A stretch of DNA of 64,000 nt from a virus. This document shows, one piece after another, positions 9,886 to 18,959 of this stretch. The notes beneath the pieces were generated by a model. That model saw only the letters and a program-made list of their open reading frames with translations. It was not told the DNA's origin and searched no databases. The stretch spans positions 32,001 to 96,000 of IMG/VR virus record IMGVR_UViG_3300034072_001149. One strand, given 5' to 3'. A program made the translations under genes and the position numbers. Position 1 is the stretch's first letter. Each line of letters starts with the position of its first letter.

Positions 9886-10152
9886 TTATTCTTCACTAGC
9901 ATTGACACCATTGAGGCCATACATAATACCCAGCAGCTCTTGCTTGCGGGTCATTTCTAGGTTTTTAGTGGACCTGATCTTTTTCAAACGATTGATCATC
10001 TTCAAAGTCAGCTTTGGCTTCCTAGTAGATTCAATATCTGGTCCACTAACCTCGTCCTCTTCAGGACTATAACGGGAATTAGCAGCTTGATCCCTAGAGG
10101 ATTCTACCCTCTGGGCATCTTCATTCAAATTTGAAAATTCACGATACCTCAT
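9886..10152 (-). CDS. Small conserved head-associated protein downstream of portal
   Basis: Coupled to the portal stop (ATGA overlap); TRKPKLTLKMINRLKK motif typical of this position in such phages. Confidence 0.65.
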   Translation of the reverse strand: MRYREFSNLNEDAQRVESSRDQAANSRYSPEEDEVSGPDIESTRKPKLTLKMINRLKKIRSTKNLEMTRKQELLGIMYGLNGVNASEE

Positions 10153-11888
10153 GCTGCTTCCTCCCCGTCATCAGCTGATGACTCGTCTCCACTTATTGGA
10201 CTTGCTGATCCGTCATCGGCGCCATCATCAATTGTTTCGTCACCCAAGTCGTCACCCATGTCTAAATCGTCATTGGGTCGAATACCAATGCTGTCTAGAC
10301 CAGCGGGAGTAGCACCTGCAAAGCTATCATCGGCTGCGGTTCCCTTGGTAGCGTCGCGATTTTCTTCTCGCCACATGCGCTCGTTCTCGTTGATTTCTTC
10401 TTCTGACATACCCAACTTGTTGAGCATCAACCAACGCTTGGAGAAATGTTTCATCTCAGCAAGAGGCTGATAAACACTGATCGCGACAGCGTCGCGCTCT
10501 AGCTTCGCATAAACACCAAAGTTCTCTGGTGGGTTAAAGTTCAGCTCATAGAGACTAGCATCAATATTGTAACCGCGACGACGAACAAAAAGCTTGAATT
10601 CATCATCAAAAACGGGAGCCAATAGATTCTGTAGGCGTTGACAGTATTGAGCAAAACGAAACTCTTGAATATAGGCAGTTCCTACTCGACCATCGTTGAA
10701 GCTCTGCATACCATCATCAGGACCAGTTGGTAGATAACTTGAAGGAACTCTGAGACCGCGAAGAAGCTTATTGGACCAGAACCTCAAGTCGTCAATCTGC
10801 CCTAGGTTTTCACCTGCTGGTAGAGTTTCAACCCTACTACCGCGTCCTTCAGCACTCTGCGCAAAGAAGAAATCTTCCATCATGCTCATGGGATTATAGG
10901 TAGCATCACCAATACTGGCTCCACCACCAGTTCGGTTAGGGTATCGTCGCTGATGGATCTCATTCTTGACCTTTTCAAGATATCCACCGACTTTGTGAAG
11001 AGGCATGCCTCCAACGTCCACATAGAAAACTCTACGCTCAGGAGCTCTCTGGATACGATAGATGATTACCGCTTCTTCTAGAAGACCTTTTTCACGCCAT
11101 ACCTTGTAGACACTCTCTAGAATTGAAGTACCAAAAGGCCAATTGGCATCAAGTCCTTCACTCAAGCTGAGATGAACAACATGGGTTGCTTCAATAGCAG
11201 TCTGAGTTGAGTCCCTGTCAAAACGGGTATTATTTGGATGACCACGACCCCAACGCTTCAAATCCTTGCTGGGCTGTTGGACGCTCATTTGACTTGAGCC
11301 GCCTGTCAAATTCTGCCCATAAGCATCAGGAGCAGTAGCCGTGAAACTGTTTAGATTAACATCAAGGTCACTGAAAACATAGGCTTCTGGTTGCTTACCC
11401 TCAGCTTCATTGACTAGAATTTTATCAACTTTTGTGGGATCAACCCAGAACCAACGAAGAGTTTCAGGGTCACGGATAAAGAACTGGTCACCATACTTTA
11501 GAGTAGAACGAAACATTCTCCAAGTTCTACGCTTGAAGTCGTTGATCTTACTCCACTGCATCAAACAGTTTTTTAAAATCTCCACTTCAGTATCGCTTGC
11601 TTCTTTGCGATAGTTGATTTCAAAGACTTCATCTGTTTTTGTGTCCTTTTGAACACAAAAATCTGCAATTGTATCCAAAGCAGCATTTACTTCTGAATCG
11701 TTATCCATGTCATCATATTGACCATATCGGTCAATACGCATTGGTGAACCTTCATAAACTTCTGGTAAGATGCTAGCATAGTTGGCGCTACTCCCACCGG
11801 TGGTTGGATCATAGTCGCGAGAACGAGCCAGCTGGTTTTTCAACCTCTGGTTCATTGGTACGACCTGCATATGCTTTTTATAGGACAT
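10149..11888 (-). CDS. Portal protein (T4 gp20-like)
   Basis: YDDMDNDSEV, IYRIQRAPERRVFYVDVG, EDFFF..EGRGSRVETLP and LRVPSSYL motifs. Confidence 0.96.
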   Translation of the reverse strand: MSYKKHMQVVPMNQRLKNQLARSRDYDPTTGGSSANYASILPEVYEGSPMRIDRYGQYDDMDNDSEVNAALDTIADFCVQKDTKTDEVFEINYRKEASDTEVEILKNCLMQWSKINDFKRRTWRMFRSTLKYGDQFFIRDPETLRWFWVDPTKVDKILVNEAEGKQPEAYVFSDLDVNLNSFTATAPDAYGQNLTGGSSQMSVQQPSKDLKRWGRGHPNNTRFDRDSTQTAIEATHVVHLSLSEGLDANWPFGTSILESVYKVWREKGLLEEAVIIYRIQRAPERRVFYVDVGGMPLHKVGGYLEKVKNEIHQRRYPNRTGGGASIGDATYNPMSMMEDFFFAQSAEGRGSRVETLPAGENLGQIDDLRFWSNKLLRGLRVPSSYLPTGPDDGMQSFNDGRVGTAYIQEFRFAQYCQRLQNLLAPVFDDEFKLFVRRRGYNIDASLYELNFNPPENFGVYAKLERDAVAISVYQPLAEMKHFSKRWLMLNKLGMSEEEINENERMWREENRDATKGTAADDSFAGATPAGLDSIGIRPNDDLDMGDDLGDETIDDGADDGSASPISGDESSADDGEEAA

Positions 11889-11924
11889 CTGGCGCCTTTG
11901 CGGGTAAAACTCCAGATATTTAGC

Positions 11925-14321
11925 TTAGAAGGAATGCTCGGCTATAGACTTTGTATTCTTGTTGCCTTCCTGTAGCAGACGATCCATTCTATCACTCATA
12001 TTGCGTATCACAGCGATTTCTTCACGAACCGCTTCTAGATGTCGATCGCTGTTGTCTTTGATCTGCTTTAGGATTCCTGTAGAGCGTTCTGTTGCTTCCA
12101 TTATTCTATTTGTCATTTGATCAACAGTCAGAGAAGTCCTAGAACGCTGCCCTGTAGCATCAGCTGGAGCGGCAACGTTGCGTGGTTTAGACTGCGGCAC
12201 GTTAGACCCTGCACGGGCACTCATAGGGCTTTGAGAAGCATCACTGCCCGTTAAGTTGTCCCAGTCGTTGTAGATTGCTCCTCCAAGACCAGTAAGACCA
12301 CCTAGGACAGCACCTGGAATCGCACCAACACCGGCAAAGGCTGAACCAGCTAACGCACCACTACCGGCTCCGCTTAAAATACTAGTTAGATAGCTAGTGC
12401 TTCGTGATCCAAAGAAGCCTTTTTCATTGGCCCCAGTTCCAGTAAAACTTTCACCTCGACGACTCTGGATTTGTTCACCGGATAGATACATGCCACCAAC
12501 ACCGGCAGCGACACCGCCTGCGATCCCAAGAGCAGGAGCAGCAACCCTAGCCAAACCAGCCAGTCGACCTGCGCCACCAGCAAGTCGCCCTGCGCCTCCA
12601 ACTGCGCCTCCAGCCCCTCGGGCACCAGAACCCAAAAACGAGCCGATGCCTCGAAAAACTTTCAAACCACCTGCTGCTGCCGTCAATGCTCCGGAGAAAA
12701 TAGCCAGACCACCAGCTACACCAATTGCTGCCACCCCAATAGAGCCCATTGTATTAGTCTGAAGGGAAGCGCTCATAGCAAGTTCTTGAAGCTTTACGTT
12801 GAAAGCATCCATATTAGGTAGAATGTCGTCCCTGAGCTTAGGACCCATCATATCAACCATAGGATTGAATACAGCAGTAACACCCGAATCAATAGTTACC
12901 ATTGCCTTGTTGAATGATTCAGCAAGCTGTAGGGCACCTACACCAGCGCGCTGTTCGTCATTCTGATTTTGATCAGAAGCACGGTTGAAATCATAATCTG
13001 TATTATTGCTCTGAGACACAAAGCGATTTTGAAGAACTGATTTCAAAGCACCGCTTAATGGATTATTGTCAAGACCTGCTTGTTGGGCAAATTGTAGCTG
13101 AAGATCTTTGTTCTTAGCTAGATTGGCCCCATTTTCCTTTAGAGCTCTAGCCACCTCTATCTGAACTTGGTCGGAGGATGCTCCGCGACTCAACATACTT
13201 TCAGCAAGAGACAATGCTTTCTGTAAATCAGGATTGACAGCAGCAAGTTCAGCAGCAGGTTTGTTGACTACCTGCCCATAAGTTAGCTGATCCGTAATGG
13301 CCTGAACACCAACATCGCCAAAGTTGTTTTTAAAGATATCTCGAACCGCATTGGCAGTTTGGGCATCAAATCCCTTGGAATCTGCCACAGCATTAAACTG
13401 ATAATCAGCGGCTGCTAGTTTCTGTGCTTCCAGGGCCTCTTCTCGGGTTTTACCTAGAATATGAGCTGTGGTTTCACTGGTCTTTACCAAGTTTAGGATA
13501 CCAGCAGCCATTTGCTCACTTGAACGATTCTGACCGGCACCCTGAAGTCTTAGAATCTCAGCATAAGTGGAAGTGACTTCAGTGATTTGATCAGGCAACA
13601 TTCCCATATAACCAGACGCACGAGTCATCTCTACTAGGGATTTTCTAACGTCGCCGAATTTGATAGCACCTAGCTGACGAGCACCCTGGGTTCCGTTGCT
13701 CATTGCTTCAACAAACTGCTTTACAGTCATACCAGCTGCTGATGCTTGGCGGCCCATATCCTGCATGGACATGACTGAGCCTTCACCAGTAGCCATGAGC
13801 TGTCTATAGAAGTCTATTCTTTCAGCACCAACTGAAAAGCTTTTTGCTACGAATGCAGATGCCGATGATGCCACTGCTCCAAAAGAGCTATTGGCCGCAG
13901 CCAGTCTTTCACCAAAGGTTTTGGTGTTTTTTCCCGCTGTATCAACAGCGTCGGAAAACTCATTGGCTTCAGAACCGGCTTTTCGCAGGATCTGATCCAA
14001 AATGGTATTACCATCGCGATCACCCTGACGACGAGTCTTTTCTTCAGTTATTATGGTATTGCGTTTGGTAGTTGGAGACTGAACCGGATTAGGTCCTGGA
14101 CGAGGGGCGCCCTTGCGCATCTCTTTGACCAATTCACTTATGATAGTTTTTCTATCTTGTGTGGATGAGTCACCCTTACCAATAGATCCACTCATTTTAT
14201 TGAGGATCATTCTAATGCGGTAAAGCTCGTCGCGAGACAGCTGGTCACCCTTGGTTCTCTCTAGGCGGTCACCAAGATTTTCAATGATCGTCTTGAGTTG
14301 TTCAAGGTCAAAATCAGCCAT
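11925..14321 (-). CDS. Putative tape-measure protein
   Basis: GGGAGA SD before ATG 14321; long helical Ala/Gln-rich protein with Gly/Ala hydrophobic C-terminal segments; divergent from the gp26-like gene. Confidence 0.65.
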   Translation of the reverse strand: MADFDLEQLKTIIENLGDRLERTKGDQLSRDELYRIRMILNKMSGSIGKGDSSTQDRKTIISELVKEMRKGAPRPGPNPVQSPTTKRNTIITEEKTRRQGDRDGNTILDQILRKAGSEANEFSDAVDTAGKNTKTFGERLAAANSSFGAVASSASAFVAKSFSVGAERIDFYRQLMATGEGSVMSMQDMGRQASAAGMTVKQFVEAMSNGTQGARQLGAIKFGDVRKSLVEMTRASGYMGMLPDQITEVTSTYAEILRLQGAGQNRSSEQMAAGILNLVKTSETTAHILGKTREEALEAQKLAAADYQFNAVADSKGFDAQTANAVRDIFKNNFGDVGVQAITDQLTYGQVVNKPAAELAAVNPDLQKALSLAESMLSRGASSDQVQIEVARALKENGANLAKNKDLQLQFAQQAGLDNNPLSGALKSVLQNRFVSQSNNTDYDFNRASDQNQNDEQRAGVGALQLAESFNKAMVTIDSGVTAVFNPMVDMMGPKLRDDILPNMDAFNVKLQELAMSASLQTNTMGSIGVAAIGVAGGLAIFSGALTAAAGGLKVFRGIGSFLGSGARGAGGAVGGAGRLAGGAGRLAGLARVAAPALGIAGGVAAGVGGMYLSGEQIQSRRGESFTGTGANEKGFFGSRSTSYLTSILSGAGSGALAGSAFAGVGAIPGAVLGGLTGLGGAIYNDWDNLTGSDASQSPMSARAGSNVPQSKPRNVAAPADATGQRSRTSLTVDQMTNRIMEATERSTGILKQIKDNSDRHLEAVREEIAVIRNMSDRMDRLLQEGNKNTKSIAEHSF

Positions 14322-14393
14322 AGGTCTCCCCGATCTTACATCATTATTTAGTGACCTATTAACCGCGCGGTTTATCAACCGATAAGTAGACGT

Positions 14394-15272
14394 ATGAAAG
14401 AGGAGACAAAGATGTCCAACAATCCATTAGCCGCTTATTTCCGTGGGGCAGACGTTCACCAAATGCTACCCACACAGGGTCAGTTTTTTGAAGAAGGTGA
14501 AATTGACCTAGCCATTAACGGGGAAGTCGCCATTCTACCAATGACCGCCGCTGATGAGATTATTTTGAAGAACCCAGACGCTTTGCTGAATGGCGATGCT
14601 CTGGAGCGTCTTTTCAAAAGTTGTGTTCCGGCAATCAAGTCTCCCCGTAAAATCAGCGTTCCTGACATGGACGTTTTGCTACTGGCTATAAAATTGGCCA
14701 GTTATGGAGACACGCTTGAAATCTCCACTACTTGCCCCAAGTGTAAGACAGAATCTTCTTTTGAAACAAGCATAAGGGGAATCCTGGCTAGTATCACTCT
14801 GGTCAAAGATGAAGATACGCTAGTTCGAATTGACGATGACATGGTAGTGTATCTGAAGCCTTATGATTTCGAAAGTAAAACCAAGTTGGATCTGGCAGCA
14901 TTTGAAGAGGCCAAGCTTCTTCAACACCTATTGAGCATGGATGCCGATGACGAGGAAAAGGCCAAACTTTTCAATGAATCGTTTGAAAAAATTGCAGAAC
15001 TCAATCTGGATTTGCTCAGTCATTGTATAAGACATATTCAGATTCCTGACCGGGCTTCTAATGGTGAAACCATAATGGTTTCAGACCAAACCCATATCAG
15101 AGAGTTTGTCCGCAACGCTGACAAGAATAAGATCAAGAAGATCAACGAAAAGCTTGCTCATCTAAGTCAGAGTGGTGTCAATCGTGATATTGATGTTCAG
15201 TGCGCAAATGAAGAATGTAAGCATGAATGGAAAACCCAAATGACTTTTGATGCTGCCCATTTTTTCGCCTAA
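14394..15272 (+). CDS. Baseplate hub/tail assembly chaperone (T4 gp26-like)
   Basis: NPLAAYFR, PMTAADE..LKNPDALLNG, ASYG..CPKC, C-terminal CxxxxC and FF-stop; true start may be ATG 14412. Confidence 0.8.
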   Translation: MKEETKMSNNPLAAYFRGADVHQMLPTQGQFFEEGEIDLAINGEVAILPMTAADEIILKNPDALLNGDALERLFKSCVPAIKSPRKISVPDMDVLLLAIKLASYGDTLEISTTCPKCKTESSFETSIRGILASITLVKDEDTLVRIDDDMVVYLKPYDFESKTKLDLAAFEEAKLLQHLLSMDADDEEKAKLFNESFEKIAELNLDLLSHCIRHIQIPDRASNGETIMVSDQTHIREFVRNADKNKIKKINEKLAHLSQSGVNRDIDVQCANEECKHEWKTQMTFDAAHFFA

Positions 15273-15277
15273 GGCTC

Positions 15278-15496
15278 TTGGGGACTCCACCTGAAGATGT
15301 GCCGCTGATTCTTCAGGAATATGTGGACGAAGCAAGAGCCCTTGAATCACAATTGATACAGATAGCTTTTTATATGCGAGGAGGTTGTCCACTGGATCAA
15401 GCTTACAAGCTAACAAATAACCAGAGGAAGAGCACCCTAAAGTTCATTGAAGAGAATATCGAGAGAACCAACAAAACTGGCATTATGATGCACTAA
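15278..15496 (+). CDS. Baseplate hub assembly protein (T4 gp51-like), probably expressed by -1 frameshift from 14394..15272
   Basis: FYMRGG...AYKLT motif; no good start codon; in the -1 frame after a T_TTT_TTC slippery site. Confidence 0.65.
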   Translation: MGTPPEDVPLILQEYVDEARALESQLIQIAFYMRGGCPLDQAYKLTNNQRKSTLKFIEENIERTNKTGIMMH

Positions 15497-15909
15497 AGGG
15501 AGCCAGTTTCCAGAAAAATACCTGCTAGATTGGAGTTGCGACTTACATGGCAAAACTCAAGATCAAGACCCTGAGAGACCTCCTTGAACTTCTTGAACAG
15601 GTCGATAAGCAATTGGTTATTGATCTTCCAAAGACCGGAAGCCTGATTGATAACCAGCTGACTGTCACCAAAAATGACAGCCTTTTGAACGCCATTGTCT
15701 TTGGCCCAAATAACAGCCCAGATCAACGCTGACCATTCCGCCACATTATTAGTTCCCTGCCCGAGATCTTTCATTGTGAGTGCTTGAGGTTTTTCATTAT
15801 CCCTGCAGATGACGATACATGAACTCATTCGTCCTGGGTTGGGTGAACAGCCGCCGTCGAAGTAGATCTTTATTTCAGGGCCATAACGGGCAAAATCAGA
15901 ATTATCCAT
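15493..15909 (-). CDS. rnhA: Ribonuclease HI-family protein
   Basis: IYFDGGCSPNPG, TNNVAEWSAL, GDSQLVINQ and HVSRNSN motifs; own TTGACG promoter at about 15937-15943. Confidence 0.9.
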   Translation of the reverse strand: MDNSDFARYGPEIKIYFDGGCSPNPGRMSSCIVICRDNEKPQALTMKDLGQGTNNVAEWSALIWAVIWAKDNGVQKAVIFGDSQLVINQASGLWKINNQLLIDLFKKFKEVSQGLDLEFCHVSRNSNLAGIFLETGSL

Positions 15910-15949
15910 TCCTAATACTAATCAATCAGTCATGGAATCGTCAATCTCT

Positions 15950-16790
15950 TCATGGGCTCTAGCCCATTGGCTTCACCTTCAGCTTGCTTTGCTGCGCTGA
16001 AGGACAAACGTGATTACACTCGCTGTTACTCGTGAATCACGTTTGTATTAGGTTTGAAGTAGAGTTCTGGATTGTTGAGTAAAAAGCAGAATTACGATCT
16101 ATATTCTCCTCGAACATTATCATTGGAATTGGTTACTCAGGACGAACTAATGATTAACAAAGCACTGAGCTTTCTGGCATTGCCAGAATAGCGAAGTAGG
16201 ACTTTGCGAGTGTGAGCTTGCGAGCGCGAGTAAAGGCCTCTTGACCTTTGGAACTTTGGCTGAACTCTGTATCCAATCGTTCAGTCACACTGACTTCCCC
16301 CGTTTCCGGGAGAAGTTCAAAAATGAATAGAATCTATAGATTTAAGGGATTCACACAATATGACTGGCGTGGACAGTTCAGAGGATCCTAGGTCTGCCAT
16401 TATATCCTGCACCTTTTCAGTGCTCACTGCCGCTTCTGTGTAATCGGTCTCCAGCTGGAGTACCTTTCCACACAGGACGGTCGGTAGTTCGTTACGCTAC
16501 CACTCAACATCTCCATTGCTCACGCCAGCGGCTCCGGAGACTTGCTCGTTTCTTTTCAAAACGAGTCTAGTCTTTGACTAGGGCGTCCCACTCTTTGGAG
16601 AGCGAGGGACCTGCCTAGATTTCCAGGACGTTGCCGAAGCCATCTCCAGATCCATTCGAGATCCGTTGAAGTTCCTCTGGGGTTTAGCACGTAGCCACTT
16701 TCCCAGCCCATGGTCGCCGCCCAATACAGCGCTCTCCGGGGGTTCGAGGGCATGATCTGCGCCTCCACTGCCTTATCTTTCTCATACTTC
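15950..16790 (-). ncRNA. Putative large structured non-coding RNA (family unassigned)
   Basis: No credible ORF; dense stems, several closed by GAAA loops on the minus strand; long-range pairing between 16364-16371 and 16521-16528. Confidence 0.55.
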
Positions 16791-16828
16791 AGTTTCCAAA
16801 CACTGATAAATAAGTATGTAAAGGACGG

Positions 16829-16887
16829 GTATATTATTGGGTGGTAGTATATTATTGGGTGTTTTTAGGCGTTTAAGTGTTTAGGTG
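16829..16887 (+). repeat. Short direct repeats: GTATATTATTGGGTG x2 and TTTA(G/A)G(C/T)G x3
   Basis: 15-mers at 16829-16843 and 16847-16861; octamers at 16864, 16872 and 16880. Confidence 0.85.
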
Positions 16888-16920
16888 ATCGCCTGGTGGC
16901 TCAAATCGTTCTTAGTGTAT

Positions 16921-16970
16921 GGGCCCCGGTTGGAACTTCCAGTTCCTCCGGGGCTCTTTGTTTTTGTTTT
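16921..16970 (+). terminator. Intrinsic terminator for a short plus-strand transcript
   Basis: GGGCCCCGG...CCGGGGCTC followed by TTTGTTTTTGTTTT. Confidence 0.7.
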
Positions 16971-17103
16971 GTGTCTAGGGGCTATAAAGTAGAATCTGTA
17001 ACAATCCTCTTGTGGGATATTTAGTACACAGATTAGACCAATTTAGTGGTCTCGATTCAGCTACATCTGATTATCGATCTGGGTGACAACCAAAATCACC
17101 CTT

Positions 17104-17913
17104 TTAGAAGTTTTCTTCTTTCATCGAAACAAGAATACACCCACTTCTGGGGCTCTTTACTCTTTGATCCTTTATCCAGTATGGTACCTTACTGTGCTTG
17201 ATGTCAACAAACCAGGTTTCTTTTTCTGTATTCTCCGTGCCAAAAACATAACGTAGAAAGATCAGATTCCAGCGATGATCTGATTCCAAATCATAACCCT
17301 TGATTACAATTGGATTCTTGGAGTATGAGGTATAAAGGTAAGTTAGATCGGATTCTTTTACATACTCCACCTTTGTCAAAGTCTTCCTAGGAATTTGAAG
17401 ACATTGTCTGTTGGTATCGTATTTGCTTAATAGTTTGATCGGTCCAGAGTAGACATCTTTCCTCAACGCTTTGGCTGCTTGAAGCTTATAAAAATCCAAA
17501 AGGACTCGGGCCATGCTCTTTTTTACCTGGGGGTCAATCCTAGCTGGTTTGGCTGGTAGATCCAACAGATACAAAAGCTTTTCACTTAGAAAGCGATTGC
17601 CCTGAGAATTTTTACCAAGGATCATCCTACGATGTGGTTGAAGATGATTTGGCAATACCGGTTCAGAGGAATCGTTAAAGTATGGCTTTAGTGACATCCC
17701 AGACTCTGCTAGCGTTTCCCAAAGACTAACCCAATCTTTATGAAGAGAAACCAAAAGTTCAGGACAAGACCGGACCCTAGAATTCAATCCTTCTACCAGA
17801 GAATTATAATAGCCTATCTCTTGCTTTATAAACCCTTTGTAAAGAGCAGCATCGGTAGAAGCTAGATCAATCATAATACTCAAATCACGAAATTTAGCTT
17901 TCACAATCAACAC
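17104..17913 (-). CDS. TnpB/Cas12-like WED-REC protein lacking RuvC (putative RNA-guided DNA-binding protein)
   Basis: TnpB-like spacing of N-terminal strand and helix ending YYN, helix RIDPQVKKSMARVLLDFYK, and WED strands ending WFVDI; no RuvC-I DxG motif. Confidence 0.5.
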   Translation of the reverse strand: MLIVKAKFRDLSIMIDLASTDAALYKGFIKQEIGYYNSLVEGLNSRVRSCPELLVSLHKDWVSLWETLAESGMSLKPYFNDSSEPVLPNHLQPHRRMILGKNSQGNRFLSEKLLYLLDLPAKPARIDPQVKKSMARVLLDFYKLQAAKALRKDVYSGPIKLLSKYDTNRQCLQIPRKTLTKVEYVKESDLTYLYTSYSKNPIVIKGYDLESDHRWNLIFLRYVFGTENTEKETWFVDIKHSKVPYWIKDQRVKSPRSGCILVSMKEENF

Positions 17914-17996
17914 CTTTCTTAGATCACATCATGCGATAGGAATGCCTCCTTTGTCTATATTCTGGTGGGAATAAATACCCATATAATTGGAAAAGG

Positions 17997-18542
17997 ATGT
18001 TTATGACTAGCCGACAAAAATCCAAAGGTAATGCCTGGGAAAACGAGATCTGTAAGTTTTTTGGAGAGACTCTAGGAGGCAACTTCCAGCGAGTCCCCAA
18101 TTCAGGCGCATATATCGGCGGGAAGAACGTCTTCAGAAAGGACCATCTATCTGAAGGGCAGGCTCGAGCAGCCAAGGGAGATATCATTCCTCCTGATGAT
18201 CTACCAAAGTTGAATATTGAAGCCAAGAACTATGGCGACATTGCCTTTCATCAGATCATTGATGGGAGTTGTAAGCAACTTGATACTTGGATTGATCAGA
18301 CAGAGGAACCAGCCGACCAAGGCGACTTTTCAATGACCATCTTCAAAATTACTCGCAGGGGAAGTTGGGTTGCGTTCAAGGCTGAAAATCTAGAGAAGTT
18401 TGATATGACTGGACTCTCATATGTTACCTATCGAAAAGGGTTCGGTTCTGAAAATGCTTGCGACTATATTGTAGTCAGTCATGTGCCGTTTTTCATCCAA
18501 AACAAATCGGCAGTAAGGAAACTAGGTGGCGCTGAAAATTGA
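17997..18542 (+). CDS. Holliday junction resolvase (Hjc-type PD-(D/E)xK)
   Basis: SKGNAWENEI, RVPNSGA, GDII..P and IEAK motifs; TAAATA late promoter at 17972. Confidence 0.8.
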   Translation: MFMTSRQKSKGNAWENEICKFFGETLGGNFQRVPNSGAYIGGKNVFRKDHLSEGQARAAKGDIIPPDDLPKLNIEAKNYGDIAFHQIIDGSCKQLDTWIDQTEEPADQGDFSMTIFKITRRGSWVAFKAENLEKFDMTGLSYVTYRKGFGSENACDYIVVSHVPFFIQNKSAVRKLGGAEN

Positions 18543-18566
18543 CCTTTTGGTGTCATCTATAGCATA

Positions 18567-18599
18567 AAGAAAGCCGGAGTTGTTTCCGGCTTTCTTTTT
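18567..18599. terminator. Intrinsic terminator
   Basis: AAAGAAAGCCGGAG-TTGT-TTCCGGCTTTCTTTTT. Confidence 0.75.
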
Positions 18600-18608
18600 G
18601 GAGTTCAT

Positions 18609-18959
18609 ATGGGTAAGCTAAGTTTAAGACAGGTTGAACGTAAGAACTACCCGTATGGAAAGTTCAAGTATATTGTCCTTCTCAACCGAGAATCTCGTAG
18701 GATCTGGCGTTGTCCCAGCAACGCGTCTATGGTTGAGCAGATCCGTGGCCTGCTCAAAACTACCATAAATGGATCTTATAAGCTTGTCCATGACTACAAC
18801 TATCGTAGTCGTAGGGTTTATACTCATCTGTATCTAACAGAACCAATGGACCTTGCTATGCTCAAATTGGTTCACGGTGACAAGCTTTTTAAGATTTACA
18901 AGGTAAAGCTAGTTCAGCCTCACGAATCACCTTCAAGTGATGATCAAACTGAATCCTAA
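18609..18959 (+). CDS. Hypothetical protein (DAxxFKL-like family)
   Basis: GGAG SD; LYLTEPMDLAMLKL motif. Confidence 0.65.
   Translation: MGKLSLRQVERKNYPYGKFKYIVLLNRESRRIWRCPSNASMVEQIRGLLKTTINGSYKLVHDYNYRSRRVYTHLYLTEPMDLAMLKLVHGDKLFKIYKVKLVQPHESPSSDDQTES

Noticed and set aside
15403-15492. Hydrophobic 29-aa extension of RNase H on TAG readthrough
   Set aside because: It is the antisense of a Lys/Glu/Asn-rich gene, which produces hydrophobic codons by default
16556-16768. 70-aa ORF inside the non-coding region
   Set aside because: No convincing protein features; it overlaps dense RNA stems
15950-16790. Group I/II intron, tmRNA or RNase P assignment
   Set aside because: No interrupted host gene and no recognisable catalytic core, domain V or tag-peptide ORF by eye
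16829-16887. CRISPR array next to the TnpB/Cas12-like gene
   Set aside because: Only two 15-nt repeats separated by 3 nt; no spacer-length unique sequence
17104-17913. Active IS200/IS605 transposon
   Set aside because: No TnpA, no RuvC catalytic motifs and no recognisable IS ends
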